Positions 44,160 to 56,132 of a stretch of 64,000 nucleotides of DNA are shown here, in pieces. The notes below the pieces were generated by a model. The model was not told the DNA's origin, searched no databases, and saw only the letters and a program-made list of their open reading frames with translations. How positions within the stretch are numbered: the stretch's first letter is position 1; the number at the start of each line of letters is the position of its first letter. Position numbers and translations under genes: made by a program. Source of the stretch: an uncultured Gammaproteobacteria bacterium (GTDB taxonomy: Bacteria > Patescibacteriota > Microgenomatia > Daviesbacterales > UBA10151); NCBI GenBank assembly GCA_964636275.1, contig CAZWRN010000003.1, positions 4,423 through 68,422 on the forward strand. The letters run 5' to 3'.

Positions 44160-45062
44160 ATGCCTAATACCAGAGAACTCAGACGACGGATCAGATCTGT
44201 CAAAAATACCGCTCAGATCACCAAAGCGATGCAAATGGTCGCTGCTACCAAGATGCGCAAAGCCCAAAACCAAGCTATGGCCGGTCGACCTTACAATTTG
44301 ACACTTAATGAAGCCATGACTCTTCTATTACCCAAACTTAAAGACAACAACCATCCACTTCTCAAAGAGCAAACAAAAGGCAATTCAGCAGTGTTACTCC
44401 TTTCAACTGACAAAGCTCTTTGTGGTTCTTTGAATACCAATTTATTTAGAGCGACTCTCAATTTTATGAAAGATCAAAAAAATAATGTTTTTTACACTCT
44501 TGGTAAAAAAGGTCGACAGTTTTGCGTCAGGTCTGGCTATGATCTAGCTGCAGATTTTGAAAATTCGGACTTAGTCACCTTTAGAACAGCTTCACAAATT
44601 GCTAGACTCGTCACCAAGAGCTTTTTGTCCGGTGAAATAAAAGAGCTTTATATTGTCTACCCGGATTTTGTCTCAGCTCTCAGACAGGAGCCCAAAATCG
44701 TTCGTATTTTACCGGTCGATTTTCAAAACTTAGTTCAAACGCTTACTCCAGAGTTAGCTAACAAAAGTCGTCAGTCGTCAGTCGTCAGTCATCAGCAAAA
44801 CAACTCCGAGTTTCTGTTTGAACCCTCCATTGATGAACTACTGGATTTCATCTTAAACCACTTTGTTCAGGTCAAAATATTCCAGGCTATGATGGAAACC
44901 AAAGCCTCTGAACACTCAGCTAGGATGATCGCCATGCAAAATGCGACAGATAATGCAAAGGAGCTTGTATCTGACCTCACTCTTGCGTATAATCAGACAC
45001 GACAGGCTGCAATTACCAGTGAATTGTTAGAAATAACATCAGCCCAAGCAGCGTTAGAATAG
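44160..45062 (+). CDS. atpG: F0F1 ATP synthase subunit gamma
   Basis: ITKAMQMVAA, DKALCG, SEHSARMIAM.NATDNA, RQAAITSEL. Confidence 0.98.
   Translation: MPNTRELRRRIRSVKNTAQITKAMQMVAATKMRKAQNQAMAGRPYNLTLNEAMTLLLPKLKDNNHPLLKEQTKGNSAVLLLSTDKALCGSLNTNLFRATLNFMKDQKNNVFYTLGKKGRQFCVRSGYDLAADFENSDLVTFRTASQIARLVTKSFLSGEIKELYIVYPDFVSALRQEPKIVRILPVDFQNLVQTLTPELANKSRQSSVVSHQQNNSEFLFEPSIDELLDFILNHFVQVKIFQAMMETKASEHSARMIAMQNATDNAKELVSDLTLAYNQTRQAAITSELLEITSAQAALE
44766..44796 (+). repeat. 7-bp periodic array inside atpG (in frame)
   Basis: agtcgtc-agtcgtc-agtcgtc-agtcatc-agc; encodes SRQSSVVSHQ. Confidence 0.9.
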
Positions 45063-45098
45063 AGTCAAGTCGCAAGGATCAAGAGTCAAGGATAAGGG
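45060..45098. repeat. Left heptamer arm of the four-helix-bundle element
   Basis: tagagtc-aagtcgc-aaggatc-aagagtc-aaggat; begins with the atpG stop codon. Confidence 0.85.
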
Positions 45099-46854
<1,756 letters not shown>

Positions 46855-46857
46855 CAT

Positions 46858-47523
46858 TTAATACAATTTTAAGAACAAACCTGCTGCGAATGCGATGGAT
46901 GTAAGAATTTGTAGAAATATCTTCTCTCTATTACTAATAAATCCAAAAAGATGAAAAGCACCCAAAATTACGTATAAACTTTGTGTAAAAAATAAATATA
47001 TATAAAAATTCAGCGATAGTGATTTAGCTAGGTTATCTAGTGACAAAATAAGCACAAAATTAACAAAGTATGTATGTAATATATCAATAAAGATTAATTT
47101 CAGTTTTCTTTTTAATTCATTTTTAGACCTTTCAACAAAATATTTATCACCAATTGTATATGCAAGCAGTAAGAGAGGAAAAGTTAAATATTTCAAATAA
47201 CTCCAAAATTCTGTGGTAAATGTTTCATAAGTAAATCTATATAAATTAAAAAGAAAAACTAATATGACTGTTCCAAACACACTGCTAAGAGACCTGCTAA
47301 TACCAGTTTCTTTTATATTGATAAAAAAAATAATCCAAAATGAAATAATAAAATATGTTATTTCCAAACTTAATAAAACTAGTAATAGAAATTGGATGAA
47401 TCTTAAAGGAGAACCACCGAAACCCTGAATTTGCAAAAATAACGCACAAACTACGGCTGTGAAACCAATTAAATCAATCAGTATTTTTTGACCATTATAA
47501 AAAGCAGTTATTTTTTGTTCCAT
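46858..47523 (-). CDS. Hypothetical multi-pass membrane protein
   Basis: About 7 hydrophobic segments; very AT-rich. Confidence 0.6.
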   Translation of the reverse strand: MEQKITAFYNGQKILIDLIGFTAVVCALFLQIQGFGGSPLRFIQFLLLVLLSLEITYFIISFWIIFFINIKETGISRSLSSVFGTVILVFLFNLYRFTYETFTTEFWSYLKYLTFPLLLLAYTIGDKYFVERSKNELKRKLKLIFIDILHTYFVNFVLILSLDNLAKSLSLNFYIYLFFTQSLYVILGAFHLFGFISNREKIFLQILTSIAFAAGLFLKLY

Positions 47524-47602
47524 AGAATATGATACGGAGTTTCTCCTTTTAGAAAGGGGAAATCAAGATGGACTATATACATTTGGTATATAAAATGGAT
47601 AA

Positions 47603-48319
47603 TTACACAACTTTTTGAAAAACACACCAGTGGTGCCGGCAGTTATACTTTTTTTCAAAGAAAGTGGCCATTTTGGCTACTCTTTCGTGTTCGATGAGCT
47701 TAACTCCACTATACATCTCCTCTATCTCATCCAGATCAAAAGTTTTTTCAAATTTACCTGTTTTAGGATGTAAAAAAGCCCCTTTTTCGGATGCAGGGGA
47801 CTCTTTGATAGTCTGAGCATGGTATTCGTCCTGTGGGGAGAGCAAATAAGCTAAAAGATATCCACCTGGTTTGAGGATTCTGACCATTTCTGTAGCGGCA
47901 AACTTTCTACCAGTGGCATCTTCAATGTCAGTCGTAGCAAAACAATCGATTACTAGATCAAATGAACTGTCAGGAAAATCCCATGGAGTAGTTGCATCAT
48001 GATAATAAAACTCGGTTTTATCTTTCAGTCCAACTCTTTCAGCCCGCTTTTTAGCCTCCTCTATCGCCGTTTTTGAAAAATCTATACCTGTTGAATAAAT
48101 CCCCTGCTTGGCTAGCCAAATAACATTTCTCCCTTTGCCACAGCCAATTTCAATGGCTTTTAAGTTTTTGTAATCATTTTTATTAGCTTTTAACCAGTCG
48201 AGAAATTTAATTATGCCACTCGATCCTTTTTCAGAATCCATTTGCAGTAAGGAGAATGGTTGTGAGTGCTCTTTTTCCCAAATATCCTGCTGGTCTTGAT
48301 GAGAGATATGCTTTGACAT
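47603..48319 (-). CDS. Class I SAM-dependent methyltransferase
   Basis: IEIGCGKGRN, GIDFS, FDLVID, RILKPGG. Confidence 0.9.
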   Translation of the reverse strand: MSKHISHQDQQDIWEKEHSQPFSLLQMDSEKGSSGIIKFLDWLKANKNDYKNLKAIEIGCGKGRNVIWLAKQGIYSTGIDFSKTAIEEAKKRAERVGLKDKTEFYYHDATTPWDFPDSSFDLVIDCFATTDIEDATGRKFAATEMVRILKPGGYLLAYLLSPQDEYHAQTIKESPASEKGAFLHPKTGKFEKTFDLDEIEEMYSGVKLIEHERVAKMATFFEKKYNCRHHWCVFQKVV

Positions 48320-48369
48320 TGATCTAAAGATTTTGCGCTTTTGGGGCTGGATATTCAAGAGGGATGATA

Positions 48370-48393
48370 TATATGTAGTATATACTACGTATA
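48370..48393. promoter_or_regulatory. 24-bp near-perfect palindrome (candidate operator)
   Basis: tata-t-gtagtatatactac-g-tata, with a perfect 14-bp core. Confidence 0.4.
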
Positions 48394-48404
48394 ACTATAC
48401 AATT

Positions 48405-49286
48405 TTACTCTTCGCCGTGGAGTTCACTTGGGATAATGCTTAAAACGGCATGTAAAGTATTTAAAAATGTTAATGGATCTTCTTTATGACTTGTTGGCAA
48501 GCCCCAATTTTGAGCATTTTCAGCATGTTCACGCCCATCAAATCCTGGCCAACTTCGGACAAAAATACCTCTTCCAGCATCAAAACTAAGATCAGTAGAG
48601 GTATATTTTCGCACATATCTTTCAAAGACAGCTAAGTTAGTAGTTAAACGATAATTTTCTAAATCCCAAATAGCTGAATATGAAAATTCAGCTAGTTTGT
48701 CTGAACGATCTGATTCAATTGTTGGGGTAAAATTGGTACTCATGAAATCCGCAAATGACGCCCCACCTCTTTGAGTAGCAAAGTTATCCATTTGTTCACG
48801 AGTTTGTTGAGATCCCGAAAAATGAATCTCACGCGGAAAGTTTTGTGCTCCATAGCGAATATAAAGCCGATGACTTGCTGGAAAACCAGGTAGGAGAGCA
48901 TATTTGGCATCATACTGGTTCATTTCAATAAAAGTTTTTTTGATATCTTCAAATTTGAAACATTGAGTTAAAGTTGGATCATCCGGATCTACCAAATCAC
49001 CAGTCTCCCATTTTCTAACTAAATTCTTTCCTCGCAACCAATCAATTTTGTCTTTCCAAGATGGATTAGGTTCAGTATCATGAGCTTCTTTCCATAAATA
49101 AGCAGAACCAATAAGTATCTCTGTTGAAGGTTTAAAAACCTCTGCAACTGCTTCACCCATCAATCCTCGGTTTCCAGGAGCTGCCATACTTCGCCTTACT
49201 ACTTCTCGAATTTCCACTGGACTTGTGCCCTTTAAAATAGGCACTGCAAATTCATTGCTTCTTGGGATATCTGGAAAGTTCGACAT
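48405..49286 (-). CDS. Hypothetical protein
   Basis: Long ORF; TATAAT 7 nt before ATG 49286; no recognised motif. Confidence 0.65.
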   Translation of the reverse strand: MSNFPDIPRSNEFAVPILKGTSPVEIREVVRRSMAAPGNRGLMGEAVAEVFKPSTEILIGSAYLWKEAHDTEPNPSWKDKIDWLRGKNLVRKWETGDLVDPDDPTLTQCFKFEDIKKTFIEMNQYDAKYALLPGFPASHRLYIRYGAQNFPREIHFSGSQQTREQMDNFATQRGGASFADFMSTNFTPTIESDRSDKLAEFSYSAIWDLENYRLTTNLAVFERYVRKYTSTDLSFDAGRGIFVRSWPGFDGREHAENAQNWGLPTSHKEDPLTFLNTLHAVLSIIPSELHGEE

Positions 49287-49383
49287 ATAGTGTATTATAC
49301 TACTATAAGTCTTTTTTTGCAAAAAAGCTTGGCATTACAGGCTCACAATAAAACTAAAAATCAAATTTTTCATATCAAAAAAG

Positions 49384-51015
49384 TTAATGTTTTTTGAGAT
49401 ACGCTAGAGCATCTTCTGTAGATTTGAAAACCAGATGCTGTTTTTTAAGATCATTGTAGCCCTCACACTCTCTGGCTAGTACTTTAACTACCTGATTGTT
49501 GATACTTGAGATCAAAACTTTTTTCCCTTGTTCATGAACGATATCTATTATTTCATCCAAAGCATCAACTCCGTCAGTATCAATAAAATGTAGCTCTCTA
49601 AGGCGCAAAATGACGTTTTTATACCCATTTAGACCGGTGCTGAACCTTGCAACGTGTGCATGTCCATTGATATAAGCTAATGCTCCATTAAAAGAATAAA
49701 CCAGAGTATCATGCTCCGCGATAGCTGACAGCTCTGTTTCCTCTGTCAAGCGTTTGACGACACCTTTTTTATGATCGTTGATAGTCACTTCATATTGACC
49801 CTGAGATATTTTATTAACAAAAATCAGCAGTGATATAGTCGTACCTACTAAGATACCAATCAAAGGATCTGCATAAATAGTGATTGCAAAAACAATCAAA
49901 GCTAGCCCCAAACCCCATTTATCATGTCTAATCAAACTTTTTAATTCATGAACTTCAATCATCCTTACTGCCGCAAAAACTAAAATTGCCGCGATCACCG
50001 CCATCGGAATGTATTTGAAAAATCCAAGTAAAAAGACGCAGATCACAGCAATCGAAACAGAGCTGATGATAGCTGAGACATTGCTGGTAGCGCCTGATTT
50101 GGCATTGACCGAAGTTCTCGCCAAAGCCGCTGTGGCCGGAATCCCTCCCATCAGACCAGACGCAATATTAGCCAGACCCAAACCAAACATCTCTTTTCGA
50201 GGTTTGTGCTTGGTTTTGGTCATCCCATCGGCAATTTTGGCTGAGATCATCGTTTCTAATATAGCTACCACCGCCACTGTCACAGCAGCCGATAAAACAG
50301 AATAATCAATAAAAAATTTGGGAGCTGTAAACAATGTTAACTGCAAATCCCCATACCGTGAACCCAAAGTCTCCAAACTAAATGGCAGTAAATGCATAGT
50401 CGTCAGATATCCTAAAGCGATACCAAATGGAGTCAGTGTGATCGCTCCAGGCACTTTTTTCATATATTTGGCCAAAATAAACAACCCTGCTAAAAAGATC
50501 GCAAATACAGCCACTGAACTCAAAGAAGATTGCGACAGATGAAGAAGCGATTCTTTGACATTTTCCAAAAAATGTTCATGTTTTTCAAGACCTGACAGAC
50601 CAAAAATAAAATTTAGCTGATTGAATGCAATGATAAACGCTACACCCAGCGTAAACCCTTGAATGGTGGATCCTGGGACATAATTTAAAAACTTTTCCAA
50701 TCTCAAAAGATATGACACTAATATCAGCACACCGGAAACAATTGCCAAAGTTGGCAGAGTATCTGCACCGTGAATAATGGCAAAAGTGCCTAAAATACCG
50801 GAGAGTGCCCCAGTCGGACCAATAATATTGTAATTACTCCCTCCAAAGATAGCTGCCACCAAACCTGCCCAGACTGCAGTTATAATTCCCGCCAAAGGAG
50901 AAGTTTGAGAGGCAATTGCCAAGGATATCGATAAAGGGATCGACACCAAAGAGACAGTAATCCCCGACTTCCAGTTTTGTTTCAATCGAGCCAAAAACAA
51001 ATCAATTTTATCCAT
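49384..51015 (-). CDS. SulP/SLC26 anion transporter with STAS domain
   Basis: SGITVSLVSIPLSISLA, IGPTGA, GGIPATAALART, C-terminal IDTDGVDAL STAS motif. Confidence 0.93.
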   Translation of the reverse strand: MDKIDLFLARLKQNWKSGITVSLVSIPLSISLAIASQTSPLAGIITAVWAGLVAAIFGGSNYNIIGPTGALSGILGTFAIIHGADTLPTLAIVSGVLILVSYLLRLEKFLNYVPGSTIQGFTLGVAFIIAFNQLNFIFGLSGLEKHEHFLENVKESLLHLSQSSLSSVAVFAIFLAGLFILAKYMKKVPGAITLTPFGIALGYLTTMHLLPFSLETLGSRYGDLQLTLFTAPKFFIDYSVLSAAVTVAVVAILETMISAKIADGMTKTKHKPRKEMFGLGLANIASGLMGGIPATAALARTSVNAKSGATSNVSAIISSVSIAVICVFLLGFFKYIPMAVIAAILVFAAVRMIEVHELKSLIRHDKWGLGLALIVFAITIYADPLIGILVGTTISLLIFVNKISQGQYEVTINDHKKGVVKRLTEETELSAIAEHDTLVYSFNGALAYINGHAHVARFSTGLNGYKNVILRLRELHFIDTDGVDALDEIIDIVHEQGKKVLISSINNQVVKVLARECEGYNDLKKQHLVFKSTEDALAYLKKH

Positions 51016-51247
51016 AATGTATTTAAATGATTTAAGTTAAGATTTAATCCGGTGATTACTCAGAGGGTTAAAAGACACTACAAAAAACAATCAGTTTTAC
51101 TTCCTGCAGATGTCCAAACACCTGCAATTTGCAATTTTAACAAGATAATTCTTACATTTCAATCTGGCTAAAATAGAGGTGACAAATAGTTTATCTGGTG
51201 ATACTATACGCAGAAGTTAATCAAAAAACTGGCGATTATTGATATTT

Positions 51248-53191
51248 ATGGAAAAACACACTATCATCGGCACAATTTTATTTTTCTGCCTTTTTTTTAC
51301 TCTGAGTTCACTATTTCAGCTTTTTAGTAATAAAACCAGTTTTCCATATACAGTAGCACTACTTCTTGGTGGACTATCCACTCAATTTTTTTTCAAAATT
51401 TTCGGTATTCATGCTGATTTTACTCTGGATCCAAATTTTATTTATTTCATCCTTCTGCCTTTATTGCTATTTGAAGCTGGAATGAAAATTGATATTCATC
51501 AGTTTAGATTGCAGTTTTGGACGATCACGTTTATGTCTACTTTTGGACTATTAATCTCGATGTTTGTAGTCGGACTGGGACTTTTTTACCTACTCGGATT
51601 TCCTTTGGAAGTAGCCTTGCTTTTCGGAGCTCTGATTTCGGCAACTGATCCAATAGCTGTATTGTCGATATTCAAAAGTCTGGGGGCTCCTAAAAGATTA
51701 TCTTTGGTAGCTGATGGTGAAAGTATGTTTAACGATGCAACAGCAGTGATTGCATTTAAGGTTGTGGCAGTTTTTGCTTTAGGGACAGTGGTTCATGCCT
51801 CTCAACACCCTTTATTTACTTTATGGCAGTTTAACTATGTCTTCTTTGGCAGTATTTTAGTAGGAGGGCTTTGCGGCTGGCTAGCATCGGAACTAATTAA
51901 ACGTATCAAAAATGATCCAGTCGTAGAATCTACGATTACACTGACTCTGGCTCTCGGTTCATTTATGTTAGGTGACCATCTGATTCATCTCTCAGGAGTA
52001 ATTACCTCAGTTTCTGCAGCCCTTATTTTTGGTCAGTTCAGTAAGACTCGCATCTCACGCGGTGTTAAACATTTTGTACATGAACTATGGAATTATATCT
52101 CTTATATCTCAGTCTCGTTGGTATTTTTCTTTGCAGCTTTTCAGCTAAATATTTCTCAAATTCTAAACCAGTTGCCATCACTTCCCTACGTTATTGGGTT
52201 GGTTTTACTAGGCCGAGCTATTTCTGTCTATGTTAGTTTTGCCATTACCAATCGGGCCAAAATTTTCAATTCTGAGCCGGATATCCCCCTCAGTTGGCAG
52301 CATATCTTAAATTGGGGTGGTTTACGTGGAGTAATTCCTTTGGTTTTAGCTTATACTCTACCTTTTGATTTTGCCTATCGAGAAGTCATTATCAGCTTCA
52401 CCCTAGCTTCATTTATATTTACTTTACTGATTAATGCGTTAACAATTCGCTGGCTTCTTGTTAAGCTAAGACTGCATTTACCCAAAAAAGAAGAAGAGAT
52501 CAATCAAACAGAAAAAAAACTCTATCAACTTGAACAAAAATTACTTACTTTATCTTATATTCCTGATAAAAAAATTAAACATTTAACTGAAGACAAATTG
52601 ATACAAGAAATTCAAGCTCAAAAGAAATATTTAGCTACTCAAACTGATCTAACACTGCTAAAACTTGCCTTCTCACTTCAAGCTCTGGATATCATTCGTA
52701 CCAAACTACAATTACTCTATGACGACGGGTTTATTAATGAAGGAGTTCTGATCGAATATGAAGCTCAACTTGATCTACAACAAGATAGCCTAGAATATCC
52801 TGATGTCTACTCAGGTCGAGGTTTTAACCAAGGCCGCTTACCAAATCGTAAATTATTTAGACAGCGAGTCATTTTCTGGCGACAACTAATTAAAAACTAT
52901 CCAATCTTTAAACTATTCTTTAAAAATACCGAAGATGAAGTAATAACTGAACGAATTATGATGCTTAAAGCTAAAGATATCTGTGCTCAAATAGTTTTAC
53001 GCTATCTAAATCGATTAAAAACCGTATTTAAGACCAGTAAACAGGTATTAGTGTTAATTAAGGAAATTGAATCAGACTACAGTCAAAGATCACAGGAATA
53101 CCAAACTGATTTAGCAGACTTAGCATCAAAATATGATTTACTCTTCAGTAAATACCAAAAAAACATCGCTTCTCAAATTGTTTATTCATAA
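51248..53191 (+). CDS. CPA1-family Na+/H+ antiporter
   Basis: LPLLLFEAG, SATDPIAV, GESMFNDA, WGGLRG. Confidence 0.92.
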   Translation: MEKHTIIGTILFFCLFFTLSSLFQLFSNKTSFPYTVALLLGGLSTQFFFKIFGIHADFTLDPNFIYFILLPLLLFEAGMKIDIHQFRLQFWTITFMSTFGLLISMFVVGLGLFYLLGFPLEVALLFGALISATDPIAVLSIFKSLGAPKRLSLVADGESMFNDATAVIAFKVVAVFALGTVVHASQHPLFTLWQFNYVFFGSILVGGLCGWLASELIKRIKNDPVVESTITLTLALGSFMLGDHLIHLSGVITSVSAALIFGQFSKTRISRGVKHFVHELWNYISYISVSLVFFFAAFQLNISQILNQLPSLPYVIGLVLLGRAISVYVSFAITNRAKIFNSEPDIPLSWQHILNWGGLRGVIPLVLAYTLPFDFAYREVIISFTLASFIFTLLINALTIRWLLVKLRLHLPKKEEEINQTEKKLYQLEQKLLTLSYIPDKKIKHLTEDKLIQEIQAQKKYLATQTDLTLLKLAFSLQALDIIRTKLQLLYDDGFINEGVLIEYEAQLDLQQDSLEYPDVYSGRGFNQGRLPNRKLFRQRVIFWRQLIKNYPIFKLFFKNTEDEVITERIMMLKAKDICAQIVLRYLNRLKTVFKTSKQVLVLIKEIESDYSQRSQEYQTDLADLASKYDLLFSKYQKNIASQIVYS

Positions 53192-53754
53192 TTGAGTTTA
53201 TTTTTTATAATCTCAACAATTTCCGGAAATTCCAGCTTATTGATCGGATAACCATAGTGTTGCTGATTGGTATCTTCAATATATTCACTTGCCAAATTCT
53301 TTTGAACAAATCTAGCCTCTTCAATTGGGATCAAAGGGTCATCAGTTGAATGAAACTGAACTATCCACTTTTGATTGGTACGAATCTTCTCCCATTGCCA
53401 CGGTGTATCATAGTAGCCACTTATTCTTTCACTCGCCATTCCAAGATCAGTATGACAGGCTGATACTAAAATCGTTCCCAATAATTGATGACTTTCAGCA
53501 TATCTCATGGCAGCCACAGCACCAGAAGAGTGACCAATCAATATTGTATCTTCATCAGCACCCAGCTTTTCCAAAAAAGGCAGCCAATACTCTTTTCTAG
53601 CAAAAACCGGATCAGGGAAATTTTGTGAGATTACCTGAATTCCAGCTTTTTCCAGCTCTTTTTTAACCCAAGGAAACCAACTATCTGGAGCATTAATATC
53701 CCCTCCCCCATTTCCAGGGATAAAAATTACTTTAACCAGATCACGATTTGTCAT
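53182..53754 (-). CDS. RBBP9/YdeN-family alpha/beta hydrolase
   Basis: IPGNGG, WFPW, IGHSSGAVAAMR, HSTDDPLIP. Confidence 0.88.
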   Translation of the reverse strand: MTNRDLVKVIFIPGNGGGDINAPDSWFPWVKKELEKAGIQVISQNFPDPVFARKEYWLPFLEKLGADEDTILIGHSSGAVAAMRYAESHQLLGTILVSACHTDLGMASERISGYYDTPWQWEKIRTNQKWIVQFHSTDDPLIPIEEARFVQKNLASEYIEDTNQQHYGYPINKLEFPEIVEIIKNKLNYE

Positions 53755-53829
53755 TTATCGATTATACCAGCTTCAGTCTTTATACTACCCTCTTGTAAGC
53801 CGTTTAGCCTTTCATGTTACACTTTATAT

Positions 53830-54426
53830 GTGGATGAACTGCTCAGCACCCTCAAAGAAAAATCCATAATTCGCTCTTATATCATCTCAGAGTCACTGAT
53901 CTGGTCGGCTTGGAATGCAGTATTTCCTATTATGGCTATTTACATCACTTCCAAAGTGACTGGTGGAACTATTGAATCAGCAGGTATCGCTTACAGTATT
54001 CATTTAGTTTTTAGGGTCATTTTTGAGCTTTCGGTTGGAAAAATTTTACACAATGCTACAGACCGCAAAAAGTTTGCCATCTCAGTAATTGGTTTGACAC
54101 TAATGAGTATTGCTTACGCGGGTTTTGTTTTCTCCAAAAATATCTGGTTCGTTTTTGGTCTTTACGCTATGCTTGGAACAGGAATAGGTATCGCCAGCCC
54201 AGCCAAAAACAGTTTATTTGCTATGCATCTAGACAAGCATAAATCAGCCGGCCAATGGGCTTCCTACGATGCCATCACTTTTTTATGTACCGCCATCGCC
54301 TCAGCAGTCGGAGGAATGTTTGCCACCAAATTTGGCTTTGATGCCCTTTTTGCAGTAGTAGCTCTACTAAATTTTCTGGGGATTATTCCTTACATCTATA
54401 AAAAACACGTTTTGGAGTATATTTAA
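53830..54426 (+). CDS. Half-size (6-TM) MFS-like transporter
   Basis: GKILHNATDRKK loop resembling MFS motif A, GIGIASPA, GGMFATKFGF. Confidence 0.7.
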   Translation: MDELLSTLKEKSIIRSYIISESLIWSAWNAVFPIMAIYITSKVTGGTIESAGIAYSIHLVFRVIFELSVGKILHNATDRKKFAISVIGLTLMSIAYAGFVFSKNIWFVFGLYAMLGTGIGIASPAKNSLFAMHLDKHKSAGQWASYDAITFLCTAIASAVGGMFATKFGFDALFAVVALLNFLGIIPYIYKKHVLEYI

Positions 54427-54475
54427 ACGAAAAGCACAATTTGCTAAACAAAATACCTTATAGTATAATTAAATC

Positions 54476-55369
54476 GTGTCATCCCCTGATTTTAAAAAAA
54501 CACTTCCCATCTCTATTTCCACTGATATCAGAGGAGGCTTAGGTTCAGCTGAACAAAGACTGTTTCAAATTGCTGAAGCAGGATTTACTCATGTTTTATG
54601 GTGTCACTACTCTGGTCGGGAAGATTATAACTACAGTAAAACAGAAATCCAAGGAATTAAGCAAAATTTAAGAGATTCAGGTTTACAGTTACTAGATCTT
54701 CATGCCCCTCGTGGTTCTAATGATCAATGGACATCACTGGTAGAAGAAGAACGCCTAGCTGGAGTGAATACAGTAGCCAATCGAATGAGAATGACCGCTG
54801 AACTAGGTGGAGGGGTTGTCATGAATCACTGGTATCCACAGCCAATGGTTAACACTCCCGAACTGGCTACTGCTTATTGGGATGCTTCTAGAAGAACATT
54901 TGATGATTTAGAAAAAGTTAGTCGTGAAACAGGTGTAAAGTTAGCAACTGAAAATATGGATGATGAAATCGATACATTTCCCTATTTAAAAACCCTTTTC
55001 AACTTATATTCCCCAGAGTATTTAGGACTTTGCTATGATTCAGGGCATGGAAATATCCACGGAGACGGTATAGACCGTTTAGAAGAGGTTTCAGATCGAT
55101 TAATTTCTGTCCATTTAGGTGACAACTATGGTTTTCAGCGTGATTCAAGCCGTGGCGATCATCACACCTTACCATTTGACGGAACAGTCGATTGGGATAA
55201 ATTAACTACAGCTGTAGCTAACTCAGCCTACAAAGGACCAGCTAGTTTTGAACTCTTAATGCGGAAATATCCTGATATGGAAGTCGAAGCGTATCTTGCA
55301 GAAGCCTATAAAAGATCAATGATCCCCACACAGATGTTAGAAGATAAACGTCAATTATTAACTAAATAA
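54476..55369 (+). CDS. Sugar phosphate isomerase/epimerase (xylose isomerase-like TIM barrel)
   Basis: LHAP, ATENM, CYDSGH, VHLGDN, DHHTLPFDGTVDW, FE metal ligands. Confidence 0.85.
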   Translation: MSSPDFKKTLPISISTDIRGGLGSAEQRLFQIAEAGFTHVLWCHYSGREDYNYSKTEIQGIKQNLRDSGLQLLDLHAPRGSNDQWTSLVEEERLAGVNTVANRMRMTAELGGGVVMNHWYPQPMVNTPELATAYWDASRRTFDDLEKVSRETGVKLATENMDDEIDTFPYLKTLFNLYSPEYLGLCYDSGHGNIHGDGIDRLEEVSDRLISVHLGDNYGFQRDSSRGDHHTLPFDGTVDWDKLTTAVANSAYKGPASFELLMRKYPDMEVEAYLAEAYKRSMIPTQMLEDKRQLLTK

Positions 55370-56083
55370 AAAGTTAGCTTTGGCGTAATCTTCGTGAGTG
55401 TCTATTTCCACCCAATTTAAACCAGTTATATCTGCAGCTCCGAAAGGAATACCTTTTTCTACCAAAGTAGTGTAAGTATCGTCATAATATTCTTTCCAAT
55501 TGGCAGTATCTTGCATCAGTTTTTCTAGTTCATCAAAGAAGACTTTCCCACCCTCTGGACCTAGCTTTTCAATACCTATAGATTCACCAGATGCTTTATG
55601 TGGATCGAGTTTTTTACCAACTTCCAGTACCTGACCTTTATCATCAAGTGTCACTTTCACTTCTTCAGCTTCTAGATTGATATTGGTATCAATACAAAGA
55701 CAATTTTCAAATGGATTGGAAATCAATTTTTCTAAGACAGCTTTTTCAAACACTACATCACCGTCAAATTTGAGGAAAGTATCATTGCCAACAAAATCCC
55801 TGGCTAAAAGAACTGAATAACCAGTATTGGTGTCTAAATATTTATCGTTATGAATAAAAGTAGTTTTTAAACTAGGGAAATTTTCTTTAACAAAGTTTTG
55901 AATATCATCTGCTCTGTATCCTGTGATAAAAGCCACTTCTTCAATTCCTACAGCCTGAATATTCTCCAGCATTCTTTGTAGGATTGGTTTACCACCACCT
56001 ACTTTAAGGAGTGTTTTATGATTATTGTCAGTCAAAGGACGAATCCTTGAACCAATCCCAGCAACAAGTATTACAGCTTTCAT
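55358..56083 (-). CDS. Phosphocholine/phosphonate cytidylyltransferase family (LicC/PntC-like)
   Basis: VILVAGIGSRIRPLT, TGY, NTGYS, DGDVVF, GESIGI, WVEIDTHED. Confidence 0.85.
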   Translation of the reverse strand: MKAVILVAGIGSRIRPLTDNNHKTLLKVGGGKPILQRMLENIQAVGIEEVAFITGYRADDIQNFVKENFPSLKTTFIHNDKYLDTNTGYSVLLARDFVGNDTFLKFDGDVVFEKAVLEKLISNPFENCLCIDTNINLEAEEVKVTLDDKGQVLEVGKKLDPHKASGESIGIEKLGPEGGKVFFDELEKLMQDTANWKEYYDDTYTTLVEKGIPFGAADITGLNWVEIDTHEDYAKANFLFS

Positions 56084-56132
56084 AATTCGAAATATTATAC
56101 TTCCAAATGGCCAAAGCTACAAGATTATATTC

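Noticed and set aside
47540-47563. tttctcctttt-ag-aaaggggaaa hairpin as a novel element
   Set aside because: Single short hairpin downstream of the methyltransferase, adequately explained as a terminator.
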